A DNA stretch of 64,000 bases from Candidatus Omnitrophota bacterium. Lineage in GTDB: Bacteria; Omnitrophota; Gorgyraeia; Zapsychrales; Fredricksoniimonadaceae. Made by a program: the position numbers and the translations under genes. Shown one piece after another: positions 48,479-58,943 of this stretch. Each line of letters opens with the position of its first letter. The first letter of the stretch is position 1. The notes beneath the pieces are model-generated. The model was not told the origin of the DNA. It did no database searches and saw only the letters and a program-made list of their open reading frames with translations. The DNA lies in contig CAIOPG010000011.1 of NCBI GenBank assembly GCA_903860135.1, positions 320 to 64,319 of the forward strand, given 5' to 3'.

Positions 48479-49537
48479 TCAAATTCTTGTTTGAGCCATA
48501 AAATCTCTGAAATCTTTGGCATTGGCAATAGCCACATCATAAGTAATAATTCCCTGGCGATACAATGTTGCCAACGACCTATCCAAGCCAACCATGCCCT
48601 CCGCGCCGCCCGTCAATATAACTCCGTTCAATTGATTGGTATCCCCGTTGCGTATGACATGACGGACGGCCGAATTTGTGATCAGTATTTCCAAAGCCAG
48701 TGCTCTGCCTGTTTTATCTATACGCGGCAATAGCCGTTGCGAAATAATTCCTTGCAACACCCCCGCCAACTGCATCCTCACCCACTCTTGCTGACCTTGA
48801 GGGAACACATCAACAATTCTATCCAGTGCCACGATGGTATCGGAGGAATGGAGTGTGGCTAATACCAAATGTCCGGTTTCTGCTGCTGTCAATGCAATGC
48901 TGATCGTTTCTAAATCCCGCATTTCACCGATACATATACAATTAGGGTCTTGCCGTAAGGCTTGCCGCAATCCTTCATTAAAAGACCTTGTATCTTTTCC
49001 CACTTCCCTTTGTATGATAACCGAATTAATGGACGAATGAACGTACTCAACCGGATCTTCGATCGTTATGACGCGCGATCGGCGATCATCACGATTAATA
49101 CAGTCGATCATCGCCGTCATTGTTGTTGTCTTCCCCATGCCCGCCGCCCCTGTGATCAAGATCAAGCCATTGGGTCTTCGTGTAAGTTTCTTGACAATAA
49201 GAGGCAACCCCAACTGTTCCAAAGAAGGAATGCGTATAGGAATAATGCGAATGGCGGCTTCCACATTCCCCATTCGATAATAAACATTCATGCGAAAATA
49301 CGCCACTTTCTTCAGGTTGAAGGAAACATTCAACTCTTTATTTTGTTCAAAGTGCATAATTTGCTCTTCAACAAGACACTCGTAAATGAGTTGTTGTGTC
49401 ATATCCGAAGAAAACTTATCGTACGCCATGGTTTCTAATAAACCATTGACCCTCATGGTTGGCGGCATCCCCACCATCAGATGGACATCCGAAGCATGGT
49501 GAGATATGGCATCACATAATATTCTTTCTAATTTCAT
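48479..49537 (-). CDS. pilT: Type IV pilus retraction ATPase (PilT/PilU family)
   Basis: Walker A GAAGMGKTTT, Asp box, His box. N-terminal ASDVHLMVGMPPTMRVNG. Confidence 0.8.
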   Translation of the reverse strand: MKLERILCDAISHHASDVHLMVGMPPTMRVNGLLETMAYDKFSSDMTQQLIYECLVEEQIMHFEQNKELNVSFNLKKVAYFRMNVYYRMGNVEAAIRIIPIRIPSLEQLGLPLIVKKLTRRPNGLILITGAAGMGKTTTMTAMIDCINRDDRRSRVITIEDPVEYVHSSINSVIIQREVGKDTRSFNEGLRQALRQDPNCICIGEMRDLETISIALTAAETGHLVLATLHSSDTIVALDRIVDVFPQGQQEWVRMQLAGVLQGIISQRLLPRIDKTGRALALEILITNSAVRHVIRNGDTNQLNGVILTGGAEGMVGLDRSLATLYRQGIITYDVAIANAKDFRDFMAQTRI

Positions 49538-49747
49538 GGAAAGACCGCCTTTCTGTATCTCTTGACCCTAGTCCGTGCATTAAACATCTTTTTCCAACAC
49601 CTTGATCAACGTCCTGCCAGAAAAACCATCACATCGTTCATGAGCTTAACACTAATAATAACAGACATGAGCCAATTTGCACACTGCAATCGCTCAACAT
49701 GCCATTCAATACCTCAGCAGAAACTGGAGTGTTAAAGAAATAAGATG

Positions 49748-50485
49748 TTATTCCAAATACTTCGCCGCTTTGATGTTTTTTTCGAGGTGGTAGAGGAGGA
49801 AATTGTTGAGGATGTTCTTGAGTTCCTTGCGGACAGAGGGGGCAAGGGTGAGTTTGAGGCATTGAAGCCAGGGGTGTTTTTCGATGTAAATAAGGGACGC
49901 GAGGGCACCGGGAGATACGGGAATGAGACCGGGCTCCCTGCGTTCACAGCGCGGGCAAACGAGACCACCCTGTCGCGTGCTGAACTTGGCTTTGTGTGTA
50001 ACAGCGCAGGCGCACTGGACGCACGAATCAATGTGCGGGCGAAAGCCTGACAGGGCCAGAAGCTTGATCTGGAACATGTGCACGAGCCGCCCCGGATCCC
50101 TGGCCTCGCCGAGCGAACGGCAATAATCCAGGAGCAAGGTATACACAGGTTCGTTCTTCTGCTCCACCGGCATGATCTTGTTTAAAAGTTCACAGGCATA
50201 ATCAGCGGCGGTCATACGCTTGATGTCCACACGGATCGCCGGGAAATGTTCTTTCATGTCGCAATGGCTGATCAGGTGGATGTCGCTGTTGCGGTACTGG
50301 TAGAAAATGATGTCATTGACGGAAAGTTTGTCGAGGCTGGTGCGGAACTTGCGCGGATCCTTGCGGATGCCCTTAAGGACACCGTTGACCTTGCCGTGCG
50401 AACGCGTGAAAAAAAACGCGATCACGCTCGTCTCGCGCAGGGGCACCGTCCTTAAGACTACAGCTTCCGTCGATATAATGGCCAT
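49748..50485 (-). CDS. recO: DNA repair protein RecO
   Basis: N-terminal OB fold EAVVLRT...L..HGKV. C-terminal Cys4 zinc motif CVQC...CPRC. Confidence 0.8.
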   Translation of the reverse strand: MAIISTEAVVLRTVPLRETSVIAFFFTRSHGKVNGVLKGIRKDPRKFRTSLDKLSVNDIIFYQYRNSDIHLISHCDMKEHFPAIRVDIKRMTAADYACELLNKIMPVEQKNEPVYTLLLDYCRSLGEARDPGRLVHMFQIKLLALSGFRPHIDSCVQCACAVTHKAKFSTRQGGLVCPRCERREPGLIPVSPGALASLIYIEKHPWLQCLKLTLAPSVRKELKNILNNFLLYHLEKNIKAAKYLE

Positions 50486-50500
50486 AATAGATCCATGCTC

Positions 50501-50938
50501 CTACATGACCAAAGCAAGCCATGCCTCTTCACGCGCGCGCATGACGGCACGCTGTTTTAACGTGGCATCATCCTGCCCCAGCAAATGCAAGATGCCGTGC
50601 GCGAGGTACCGCAACAGCTCACGTTCCTCCGGCTCGCCGTAGATCCGCGCATTGCGGCGCGCTTCCGCCGGGCAAATATAGATCTCGCCATCGATGCGCC
50701 CGGGGACAACCCCTTCACCCAGATTAAATGTAATCACATCGGTCACATAATCATGACCCAGGCGGGCGCGATTGACAGCACGGATACGGCTTCCGGTAAC
50801 AAAGACCAGCGAAAGCTCCGCCGCATTGACACCGCTATGGGTCAGGAACACCTTAGCGGCCTGCGTGATCTTCCGGGGCGTCAGCGTGATCGTCGCCGCC
50901 GAAAGGCTTACCGTGATGTCCATTTGTTTTTTTAGCAT
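50501..50938 (-). CDS. ybeY: rRNA maturation endoribonuclease YbeY (start uncertain)
   Basis: HGILHLLGQDD metal-binding motif. The track ORF (to 50992) overlaps the upstream gene by 140 nt. Confidence 0.75.
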   Translation of the reverse strand: MLKKQMDITVSLSAATITLTPRKITQAAKVFLTHSGVNAAELSLVFVTGSRIRAVNRARLGHDYVTDVITFNLGEGVVPGRIDGEIYICPAEARRNARIYGEPEERELLRYLAHGILHLLGQDDATLKQRAVMRAREEAWLALVM

Positions 50939-52259
50939 GGGGATATTTGACACGGGCATGGTACATGGCCGCCAGCTCACGCGCGAAAACACCCGAGATG
51001 GCTTCGATCTCGCGCAAGGTCAGGTTACACGCGTCCAGCTGGCCGTCAATAAATTTATTGTTGATGATCTTGCGGACAAGTTCGCTGATCCTGACCGGCG
51101 TATGTTCGTCGAGCGCACGCGTCGCGCCTTCGACCGAGTCAGCCAGCATGATGATCGCCGCTTCCCTGGTCTGTGGCTTAGGCCCGGGATATCGGTAATT
51201 CTCTTCGAGAACAGAATCCGTATCATCTTCGGTGAGTGCTTTCTGATAAAAATAATAGATCAGACTTGTCCCGTGATGCTCCTGGATAAACTCGATCAGC
51301 CGGGGATTCAGCTTGTACCTGTTGGCGATCTCGACGCCTTCCTTCACATGATTCAGGATAACAAGGCGGCTCATCGACGGTTCAAGGCTATCGTGCTTGT
51401 TGTCGGTCATCATCTGGTTCTCGTTGAAATACTCCGGCTTTACCAGTTTGCCGATATCATGGTAATAAGCACCGACCCGGACCAACAGCGCATTGGCGCC
51501 AATGGCATCGGCCGCCGCTCCGGCAAGATTGCTCAAGACCAGGCTGTGGTGATACGTGCCGGGAGCTTCAAGTGCCAAACGCTTCAACAGCGGCTGGGTG
51601 AGCGCGTCGGAAAGTTCCAGCAGGCTAAAATGCGTCAATTCGCCAAACAGGCTTTCAAATATCTTAAGGGTCACCATAACAACCGCCGCTGATATGATCC
51701 CGCTGATCAGCAGTGGTCTGATACCGTCATAGAATACTTCCCGCGACAAATAAGGATGCTCCAGAAAAAACGCAAAAGCCTGTATCCCTCCAGCGATAAG
51801 CCCCGCCGCCAAGACCTTGCCGCGGGTACGGGCCTGACGCACCATATAAGAACCGGCCAACCCGCCAATAAACATGATCAGGCACACCTGCAGGGAAAGC
51901 CCAAGGACAAGGCTGAGCAAGGCCGACGCCATGAACGCCATGGAAAACGCCAACTGAAAATCATTGAAAAGCAGCATGGCCAGCATGGCCACACTGGCCA
52001 CCGGGATGTAATAAGCCGAAAGATGGGCGTATTCCATCATGGCCTGCCCCGACGCTGTCAAAAGGACCAACAAAAGGCCGCAATGCAGGAAACGTTTTCT
52101 CTGCACCCCACGGAACATCGCCAGATAACAGCCATAAAACACCAGCAACAGCGGGATCATCAATGAGAAACCACCCGCCAGGCAATAAAAAAGCAGTGCC
52201 GCAAAGATCCATGCCGCCATGATAATATTTTCTTTTTTATTACTTTTGATATCTGCCAT
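50853..52259 (-). CDS. 7TM-HD (PgpH/YqfF-type) membrane-bound HD phosphohydrolase. Start probably Met at 52259
   Basis: Seven TM helices followed by an HD domain (HHSLVLSNLA..., YYHDIGK). Confidence 0.7.
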   Translation of the reverse strand: MADIKSNKKENIIMAAWIFAALLFYCLAGGFSLMIPLLLVFYGCYLAMFRGVQRKRFLHCGLLLVLLTASGQAMMEYAHLSAYYIPVASVAMLAMLLFNDFQLAFSMAFMASALLSLVLGLSLQVCLIMFIGGLAGSYMVRQARTRGKVLAAGLIAGGIQAFAFFLEHPYLSREVFYDGIRPLLISGIISAAVVMVTLKIFESLFGELTHFSLLELSDALTQPLLKRLALEAPGTYHHSLVLSNLAGAAADAIGANALLVRVGAYYHDIGKLVKPEYFNENQMMTDNKHDSLEPSMSRLVILNHVKEGVEIANRYKLNPRLIEFIQEHHGTSLIYYFYQKALTEDDTDSVLEENYRYPGPKPQTREAAIIMLADSVEGATRALDEHTPVRISELVRKIINNKFIDGQLDACNLTLREIEAISGVFARELAAMYHARVKYPHAKKTNGHHGKPFGGDDHADAPEDHAGR

Positions 52260-52264
52260 AAGCC

Positions 52265-53662
52265 TTACTTCTTCTTCAACGCCACAAGGCCAAGATCCTG
52301 CAGTTGGCCGGCATCTACCGACGACGGCGCATCGGCCAGCGGGCACCAGCCGCGCTGGGTCTTGGGGAAAGCGATGGTGTCGCGGATCGAATCAAGGCCG
52401 GTCAACAACGCCACCAGGCGGTCAAGGCCATAGGCAACACCCGCATGCGGCGGAGCCCCATATTCAAACGCACGCAACAAAAACCCGAATCGAGAATTGA
52501 TCTCTTCTTCGCCGAGACCAATGATGTCGAAGATCCTCTTTTGAATATCACGGCGATGGATACGCACCGAGCCAGAACCGATCTCACTGCCGTTTAATAC
52601 CAGGTCATAAGAACGAGACCGTACTTTGGAAAGATCCTGCCCGTCAAGGAGCGCCACATCATCCGGATGCACCGACGTGAAGGGATGATGCTCGCTTTCC
52701 CAGCGGTTCTCGCCGGGATTATGCTTAAATAAAGGAAAATCCACGACCCACAAGAAGGCAAACTCATTCTTGTCCGTCTTGTCCTTACGGACGTCCGGCT
52801 TGTCGCACCCATACTGCGCCATGGCCTCGGCATGCGTCATGCGCGGGAACGGGATCGGCAGATCAATGCCCTTAACTTCCTTCAGGATCTTCTGGAACAT
52901 GCGTTCCGTGAGGCTGTACACATCTTCCTCATCAACAAACGACATCTCCATATCGATCTGGGTGAACTCCGGCTGTCTGTCTGAACGAAGATCCTCGTCG
53001 CGGAAACATTTGACAATCTGATAATAACGATCCATGCCCGACACCATCAACAGCTGTTTGAAAAGCTGTGGCGACTGGGGCAGGGCGTAAAACTGACCAA
53101 AATTAAGGCGTGACGGCACCAGAAAATCGCGCGCGCCTTCGGGCGTGGATTTCGTCAGGACCGGCGTCTCTACTTCAATAAAATTCTCGTTATTCAGGAA
53201 TGTCCTGACCGTGGCGGCCAGTTTATGACGGGTCAATAGCGCCGCACGCATCTGATCACGACGGATATCAAGGTAACGGTATGTCAGGCGGATCTCCTCG
53301 GTGACATTGGCGTCGCCGGCGATCTCAAACACAGGCACCTTGCTCTCGTTGAGGATCTCAAGCTCTTTGGCAAGGAGTTCAACTCCGCCGGTGGCCATAT
53401 CAGGATTGATATTCTTGTCGGGGCGGACGCTCACGGAACCACGGATACGCACCACAAACTCAGGCCCGAGCTTCTGCGCATTCAGATGCGCTTCTTTCGC
53501 CACCGAAGGCACAAACACGACCTGGGTGATGCCATAACGGTCACGGATATCAATAAAAATAAGTTTGCCGTGATCCCGGCGGCAATGTACCCATCCGGTC
53601 AAAACCACGTCCTGATCTTTGTGTGTAGGTCTTAATTCTCCGCATGTGTGTGTCCGCAGCAT
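52265..53662 (-). CDS. aspS: Aspartate-tRNA ligase, short bacterial-type form without the GAD insertion domain
   Basis: Class II motifs (FRDEDLR, GAPPHAGVAYGLDR). GCDKPDVR is followed directly by FLWVVDFPLF, with no ~100-aa GAD insert. Confidence 0.85.
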   Translation of the reverse strand: MLRTHTCGELRPTHKDQDVVLTGWVHCRRDHGKLIFIDIRDRYGITQVVFVPSVAKEAHLNAQKLGPEFVVRIRGSVSVRPDKNINPDMATGGVELLAKELEILNESKVPVFEIAGDANVTEEIRLTYRYLDIRRDQMRAALLTRHKLAATVRTFLNNENFIEVETPVLTKSTPEGARDFLVPSRLNFGQFYALPQSPQLFKQLLMVSGMDRYYQIVKCFRDEDLRSDRQPEFTQIDMEMSFVDEEDVYSLTERMFQKILKEVKGIDLPIPFPRMTHAEAMAQYGCDKPDVRKDKTDKNEFAFLWVVDFPLFKHNPGENRWESEHHPFTSVHPDDVALLDGQDLSKVRSRSYDLVLNGSEIGSGSVRIHRRDIQKRIFDIIGLGEEEINSRFGFLLRAFEYGAPPHAGVAYGLDRLVALLTGLDSIRDTIAFPKTQRGWCPLADAPSSVDAGQLQDLGLVALKKK

Positions 53663-53676
53663 AACAGGATGCCTTT

Positions 53677-54984
53677 CTAAGGATTAAATTGCCTGACCAG
53701 ATTGCCTATCAAGGCATCGGTAATTTGATCTAACTTTTGCTCTCCCGTCACCATATCTTTAACCGTGACAGTTCCGTTCTTCATCTCTTCAGCGCCAAGG
53801 ACAAAAACCTGTTTAGCACCAAGTCTGTCGGCCTGTTCAAACTGCTTTCTGATATTATGGCTGCCACTAAAATCCATGTCCGCAGCAATCCTTTCTTTGC
53901 GTAACTTGTCCACCAGCAAAAATGTTGCCTGTTCCGCTTCAGCCGTACCGGATACAACAAAAACATCGAGCGACCGTCGCGCCTTCACCGCCGCCCCCTG
54001 CGCTTCGAGCGCCAGCAGGATGCGCTCCATCCCCAACGCAAACCCGATGGCACCGATCGTTTGCGGGAATCGGCGATCCCCACCGCCCAGCTGTTCAATG
54101 AGCCCGTTATAACGTCCGCCCGCCCCCAGCGCGTCCTGGGTGCCAAGCTTGGCGCAGGAAATTTCAAAAACTGTGTGGGTATAATAATCAAGCCCGCGCA
54201 CCAGCTGGGCAGACACTTCATAATCAATGCCCAAACAATCCAGTCCCGCGCGCACCCGCTCAAAATAAGCCCTGCCGCTCTCGGACAGATGCCGGGTGCC
54301 GATATCAAGCCGCCCGATCACCTCCCGACAAGCCTCATCTTTTGAATCAAGCAGGCGGAACACATTGCGTTCATATTGATCCTTACACAGATCACTCAAA
54401 TGCTCGATCTTGCCCCTCAATTCATCCCTCAGCCATTGCGCAAAATGCTGTTTATCTTCAGCACTGCCCAGGCTATTGATCTTGAGTTTAAAATCGTTGA
54501 CACCCAAAGACTTAAGGATATTGACCGCTAAGGCGATCATCTCGGCATCGAGCAAAGGATGATCCGCGCCGCGCCCGATAGCTTCCGCGCCAATCTGGTG
54601 AAACTGACGCAAGCGCCCTTTTTGCGGGCGTTCCCCACGGAACATGGGACCGATATAAAATAATTTCGATAATAAATCTTCACGACCAAGGTTGTATTGA
54701 TTATACGCGCGCACCACCGCCGCTGTGCCTTCAGGCCGAAGACAAAAACCCGCCTCTTCAGCATCCGCACGCTGGCTTCTAACTTCCAGGAGCTGTTTAT
54801 TGACCACCTCGGTTGTCTCGCCGAGCGAACGCTTGAACAAGCCGGTTTCTTCAAAAACAGGCGTACGCAATTCGCTGTAACCGTAGGTTTTAAAAAGCGT
54901 GCGGGCAGTTACTTCAAGGTTTTGCCATGCGGCGATCTGTTCGGGCAAGATATCGCTGGTGCCGCGGGGAGAGGAAATTTTCAC
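53677..54984 (-). CDS. hisS: Histidine-tRNA ligase
   Basis: GGRYNGL motif 3, class II motifs. 435 aa. Confidence 0.9.
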   Translation of the reverse strand: MKISSPRGTSDILPEQIAAWQNLEVTARTLFKTYGYSELRTPVFEETGLFKRSLGETTEVVNKQLLEVRSQRADAEEAGFCLRPEGTAAVVRAYNQYNLGREDLLSKLFYIGPMFRGERPQKGRLRQFHQIGAEAIGRGADHPLLDAEMIALAVNILKSLGVNDFKLKINSLGSAEDKQHFAQWLRDELRGKIEHLSDLCKDQYERNVFRLLDSKDEACREVIGRLDIGTRHLSESGRAYFERVRAGLDCLGIDYEVSAQLVRGLDYYTHTVFEISCAKLGTQDALGAGGRYNGLIEQLGGGDRRFPQTIGAIGFALGMERILLALEAQGAAVKARRSLDVFVVSGTAEAEQATFLLVDKLRKERIAADMDFSGSHNIRKQFEQADRLGAKQVFVLGAEEMKNGTVTVKDMVTGEQKLDQITDALIGNLVRQFNP

Positions 54985-54985
54985 G

Positions 54986-55267
54986 TTATTTGATCTTCTG
55001 TTTCATCTCAAGCCCGGGTTTGAACACAACCACGCGGCGCGGCGGCACAGGCACACTGGCGCCAGTGCGCGGGTTCCGCCCGAAACGGGCCCGGCGTTCC
55101 TTGATCTTGAACACGCCAAAATTACGTAACTCTACTTTTTCGTTACGGTTAAGGCTGTCGACGATAACATCGAATGTTTTCTGGACGATCTTCTTCACAT
55201 CTACCTGCTTGATGCCTGTCATGTCGGTGATCTTAAGTACAATGTCTTTCTTTGTCATATGTGTCAA
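54986..55267 (-). CDS. hupB: HU/IHF-family DNA-binding protein
   Basis: 93 aa. RNFGVFKIKERRARFGRNPRTG arm motif. Confidence 0.85.
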   Translation of the reverse strand: MTHMTKKDIVLKITDMTGIKQVDVKKIVQKTFDVIVDSLNRNEKVELRNFGVFKIKERRARFGRNPRTGASVPVPPRRVVVFKPGLEMKQKIK

Positions 55268-55407
55268 CCTCCTAAATTTTGTAAATATCGTACCAACAAG
55301 GACTTATGGTGTCAAGGAGAAAGCCTTTCTCCTTGCGGCGCGGATTGGATCTGCCTCAACCAACTGTCATCAAGTGTAGAATATTGCGCCCCAAAAAACA
55401 ACCCCCC

Positions 55408-58400
55408 TCAAAGCACGACGTGAAAAGCATTCTCACCCACGATCACTTTGATCTCGTCCATGAGCACTTCACTGGGGGTAACATAGAGGTTGCGGCCCAC
55501 TTTGATCTCGACACTTTTATGGTTGCGGGTATCGATCTGAAGATGAACGGGAACCTGGCCGGGAAAATGTTCCAATTTCTTTTTGATCAGGGGAAGCTTA
55601 TCCGGGCTGATCCCTGTGGTGTCAATGCGGATCAACTTAACAAGCTGGTAAATCTCGTTGATGTCGCGCAGTTCATCGATGATGATGTTGCGCGGCCCTG
55701 ACAATTTACCGTCTTTCCCTTTGCGTGACAGCATCTTGCCTTTGACGACAATGATCACACCTTCCTTGAGGTAAGAATTCACGGTCTTGAAAACTTCAGG
55801 GAAGGCCACCGCCTCGACCGAGCCCTCCAGGTCTTCGAGCGTCAGGATCGCCATACGCTCGCCACGGCTTTTGGTCACCGTATGCCGTACGGCCGCGACC
55901 ATGGCGATCATGGCCACAGACTGATTTTCCGCCATACCGCTGATCTTTGAAGTTGTAGCATTGGTGAACGTCCGGATCTCAACCCCGTAACGATCGAGCG
56001 GATGCCCGCTCAGGAAAAAACCCAGCAACTCTTTCTCAAAAGAAAGCACCTGGGGTTGCGGCCACTCTTTCATCGACGGAAAAACATCCGCCACATCAGA
56101 GAAACCCCCTGATGCCGCGCCGATGGAAAAAAGTGAAAGCTGGCCGGACAGCGCGTCTTTCTGACGGCTCGCGCCGGCGCTCAACGCCTGGTCAAGAACC
56201 GCCATCATCTGTGACCGCAAGGCACCCAGACCGTCAAATGCCCCGCACTTGATGAGAGACTCGATCACCTTGCGATTGCACGAACGCAGGTCCACCCGCT
56301 GGCAAAAGTTATAAATGGAGGCAAAGGCCCCGCCCTTTTGCCGTTCCGCCACGATCACGTCAATGGCTGCAGACCCGACGTTCTTGATGCCCAGCAATCC
56401 GTAGCGGATCACGTTCTTGCCGACAACGCTGAACAGCGACCGGCTCTGATTCACATCAGGTGGCAGCACCGCAATGCCCATCGCGGCCGAAGCTTTGACA
56501 TAACCGACGATCTTGTCCATATTATCTTTTTCATTGGTCAGCAGAGCGCACATGAATTCGACAGGATAATTCGCTTTGAGAAAAGCTGTCCTGTAGGTGA
56601 TGACCGCATAGGCCGCCGAATGGGAACGGTTGAAGCCATAACCGGCGAATTTATCAATAAGGTCAAACAAGCGGTTGGCTTCCTCGTCGAGGATCTGGCT
56701 GACCTTGAGGCAGCCATCGACGAAGTAAGCGCGCATCTTGTCCATCTCGCTGGCTTTCTTCTTCGACATGGCGCGGCGCAAATTATCAGCGTCGGCCATG
56801 GAAAACCCGGCGAGTTCACACGCCATCTGCATGACCTGTTCCTGATAGATCGCGACCCCGTAACTGTTCTTCAAAACCTTTTCAAGCTTAGGATGCGGAT
56901 ACTGCACCGTAGCCTCGCCGCGCTTGCGCTTAATGAAATCATCAACCATGCCACTGCCCAAAGGCCCCGGGCGATAAAGCGCGAGCAGGGCAATAATATC
57001 TTCAAACTCCGTCGGTTTACTGCGGATAAGCAGGTTGCGCATCCCGTCGCTTTCAACCTGAAAGATACCGGCACTGTCACCCTGGCCCAAAAGGTCAAAT
57101 GTCTTCTTATCATCGAGCGCGATCTTGCGCAGGTCCAGGTCAACGCCACGCGTTTCCTTGATGATCCGCTGGGCATCCTGGATCAACGTCAGCGTTTTTA
57201 GCCCCAGGAAGTCCATCTTGAGAAGGCCGATCTTCTCAACCCCCTTCATCGTGTAAGCCGTGGTGACCTGATCGTCCACTTTATAGAGAGGGACATAATT
57301 TGTCAGGGCTTTGTCAGAAATAACAACGCCCGCCGCATGCACCGACGCGTGCCGGCTTAACCCTTCAAGGACACGCGCGATCTCCATCATGCGCCGGGCG
57401 GTATCGTCAGCGGCAATGATCCCCTTGAGCTGAGGCTCAGTTTCAATGGCAAGGTCAACCGTCACATGCATGGCCTCCCCGTTATCATCCATCACGCGGT
57501 CAGGGATCAATTTGGCAATGCGGTCAACGTCGGCATAAGGAAGGCCCAGCGCACGCCCCACATCACGCACAACGGCTTTCGCCTGCATGGTACCGAACGT
57601 GATGATCTGCGCCACATTTTCACGACCGTATTTGCGCGTCACATAATCCACAACCTCGCCGCGGCGTTCGAAACAAAAATCAATATCAATATCCGGCATG
57701 CTTTTACGGCTGGGATTTAGAAAGCGTTCAAAGAAAAGCAGATACTTGATCGGATCCAGATCCGTGATGCCCAGCAGGTAACTGACCAGACTGCCTGCTG
57801 CCGAACCACGGCCTGGCCCGACGGGAATGCCACTGCTCTGGGCATAATGCACAAAGTCCCAGACGATCAAAAAGTAACCGATGAAGCCAAGGTCGGCAAT
57901 AACCTTGAGTTCAAAGTCTAGTTTATCAAACACTTCCGCCGGAGCCTGCGCGCCGTAGCGTTCGGTAACCCCATCAAGGCAAAGGCGGCGAAGATAGGTC
58001 GACGGCGTCTCTCCCGCCGGGCAGGCATAGTCGGGCACATGATACTTGCCGAACTCCAGTTTAACCTGGCACTTGTCGGCAATGACCAGCGTATTGTTCA
58101 ACGCTTCAGGCGCCCAGGCGAAAAGGGCAGCCATTTCTTCGGCGCTCTTGAAATAAAACTGGTCAGAGTTCATGCGCATGCGTTTGGGATCAGAAAGCGT
58201 TGTCTGCGTCTGGATGCACAACAGCGCCTCATGCGCCTCGTAATGCGCGTATTCAACGTAATGGACGTCATTGGTAGCCACCAGAGGTAGCACCATTTCG
58301 CGCGACAACTTCAGAAGCCCTTCATTCACAGCCCGTTGATCGGGCAAACCATGATCCATGACCTCCAGATAAAAATCGCCGGGCGTAAATATCTGCCGGA

Positions 58401-58884
58401 ACTGATCGGCCGCACGGCAAGCTTCGTCATATTTCCCCGCGCTCAGCCTTGAGGCGATTTCGCCCTTCAGGCACGCCGAAAGACCGATCAAACCAGCGGC
58501 ATGCGTGGCCAGCAATGCTTTATCAATGCGCGGCTTGTAATAAAATCCGTCGGTATAACCCAAGGACACAAGCTTCATCAGATTAGCATAACCGGTGATG
58601 TCTTTGGCCAAAAGGATCAAATGCGCCGTACCGCGCTGGTCACCACCGCGCTCAAGCCTGGAACCGGGCGCCACATACACCTCACAGCCGATAATGGGCT
58701 TGATCCCCGCGTTGACAGCTTCCTCGTAAAACTCAAGGGCACCGAACATATTGCCGTGATCGGTCATGGCCAGCGCCGCCATCTTGTGCGCTTGAGCCTT
58801 GCGGACAAGATCCTTCAGCCGGCAGGCACCGTCAAGGAGGCTGTACTGGGTATGGACGTGGAGATGAACAAAGGAAGAAGCCAT
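55408..58884 (-). CDS. dnaE: DNA polymerase III alpha subunit
   Basis: PHP domain (HLHVHTQYSLLDG). Polymerase core motifs. 1158 aa. Confidence 0.95.
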   Translation of the reverse strand: MASSFVHLHVHTQYSLLDGACRLKDLVRKAQAHKMAALAMTDHGNMFGALEFYEEAVNAGIKPIIGCEVYVAPGSRLERGGDQRGTAHLILLAKDITGYANLMKLVSLGYTDGFYYKPRIDKALLATHAAGLIGLSACLKGEIASRLSAGKYDEACRAADQFRQIFTPGDFYLEVMDHGLPDQRAVNEGLLKLSREMVLPLVATNDVHYVEYAHYEAHEALLCIQTQTTLSDPKRMRMNSDQFYFKSAEEMAALFAWAPEALNNTLVIADKCQVKLEFGKYHVPDYACPAGETPSTYLRRLCLDGVTERYGAQAPAEVFDKLDFELKVIADLGFIGYFLIVWDFVHYAQSSGIPVGPGRGSAAGSLVSYLLGITDLDPIKYLLFFERFLNPSRKSMPDIDIDFCFERRGEVVDYVTRKYGRENVAQIITFGTMQAKAVVRDVGRALGLPYADVDRIAKLIPDRVMDDNGEAMHVTVDLAIETEPQLKGIIAADDTARRMMEIARVLEGLSRHASVHAAGVVISDKALTNYVPLYKVDDQVTTAYTMKGVEKIGLLKMDFLGLKTLTLIQDAQRIIKETRGVDLDLRKIALDDKKTFDLLGQGDSAGIFQVESDGMRNLLIRSKPTEFEDIIALLALYRPGPLGSGMVDDFIKRKRGEATVQYPHPKLEKVLKNSYGVAIYQEQVMQMACELAGFSMADADNLRRAMSKKKASEMDKMRAYFVDGCLKVSQILDEEANRLFDLIDKFAGYGFNRSHSAAYAVITYRTAFLKANYPVEFMCALLTNEKDNMDKIVGYVKASAAMGIAVLPPDVNQSRSLFSVVGKNVIRYGLLGIKNVGSAAIDVIVAERQKGGAFASIYNFCQRVDLRSCNRKVIESLIKCGAFDGLGALRSQMMAVLDQALSAGASRQKDALSGQLSLFSIGAASGGFSDVADVFPSMKEWPQPQVLSFEKELLGFFLSGHPLDRYGVEIRTFTNATTSKISGMAENQSVAMIAMVAAVRHTVTKSRGERMAILTLEDLEGSVEAVAFPEVFKTVNSYLKEGVIIVVKGKMLSRKGKDGKLSGPRNIIIDELRDINEIYQLVKLIRIDTTGISPDKLPLIKKKLEHFPGQVPVHLQIDTRNHKSVEIKVGRNLYVTPSEVLMDEIKVIVGENAFHVVL

Positions 58885-58943
58885 CAGCTAAAACCTTGAC
58901 CGCAACGGCAGCCGGCATTTTCCGGCCACCGCGGCGGTAAAGA

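Noticed and set aside
48160-48733. Track ORFs 48160-48462 and 48380-48733 on the plus strand
   Set aside because: They overlap the direct-repeat remnant, intergenic space and the 3' part of pilT on the opposite strand. No motifs. Likely spurious.
20000-58900. Numerous long antisense or overlapping track ORFs inside gcvP, the large 24381-27644 gene, dnaE, guaA and others (for example 26790-27635, 36508-37632, 50772-51692, 56338-57201)
   Set aside because: These are high-GC shadow ORFs opposite well-supported conserved genes. None shows a recognisable motif.
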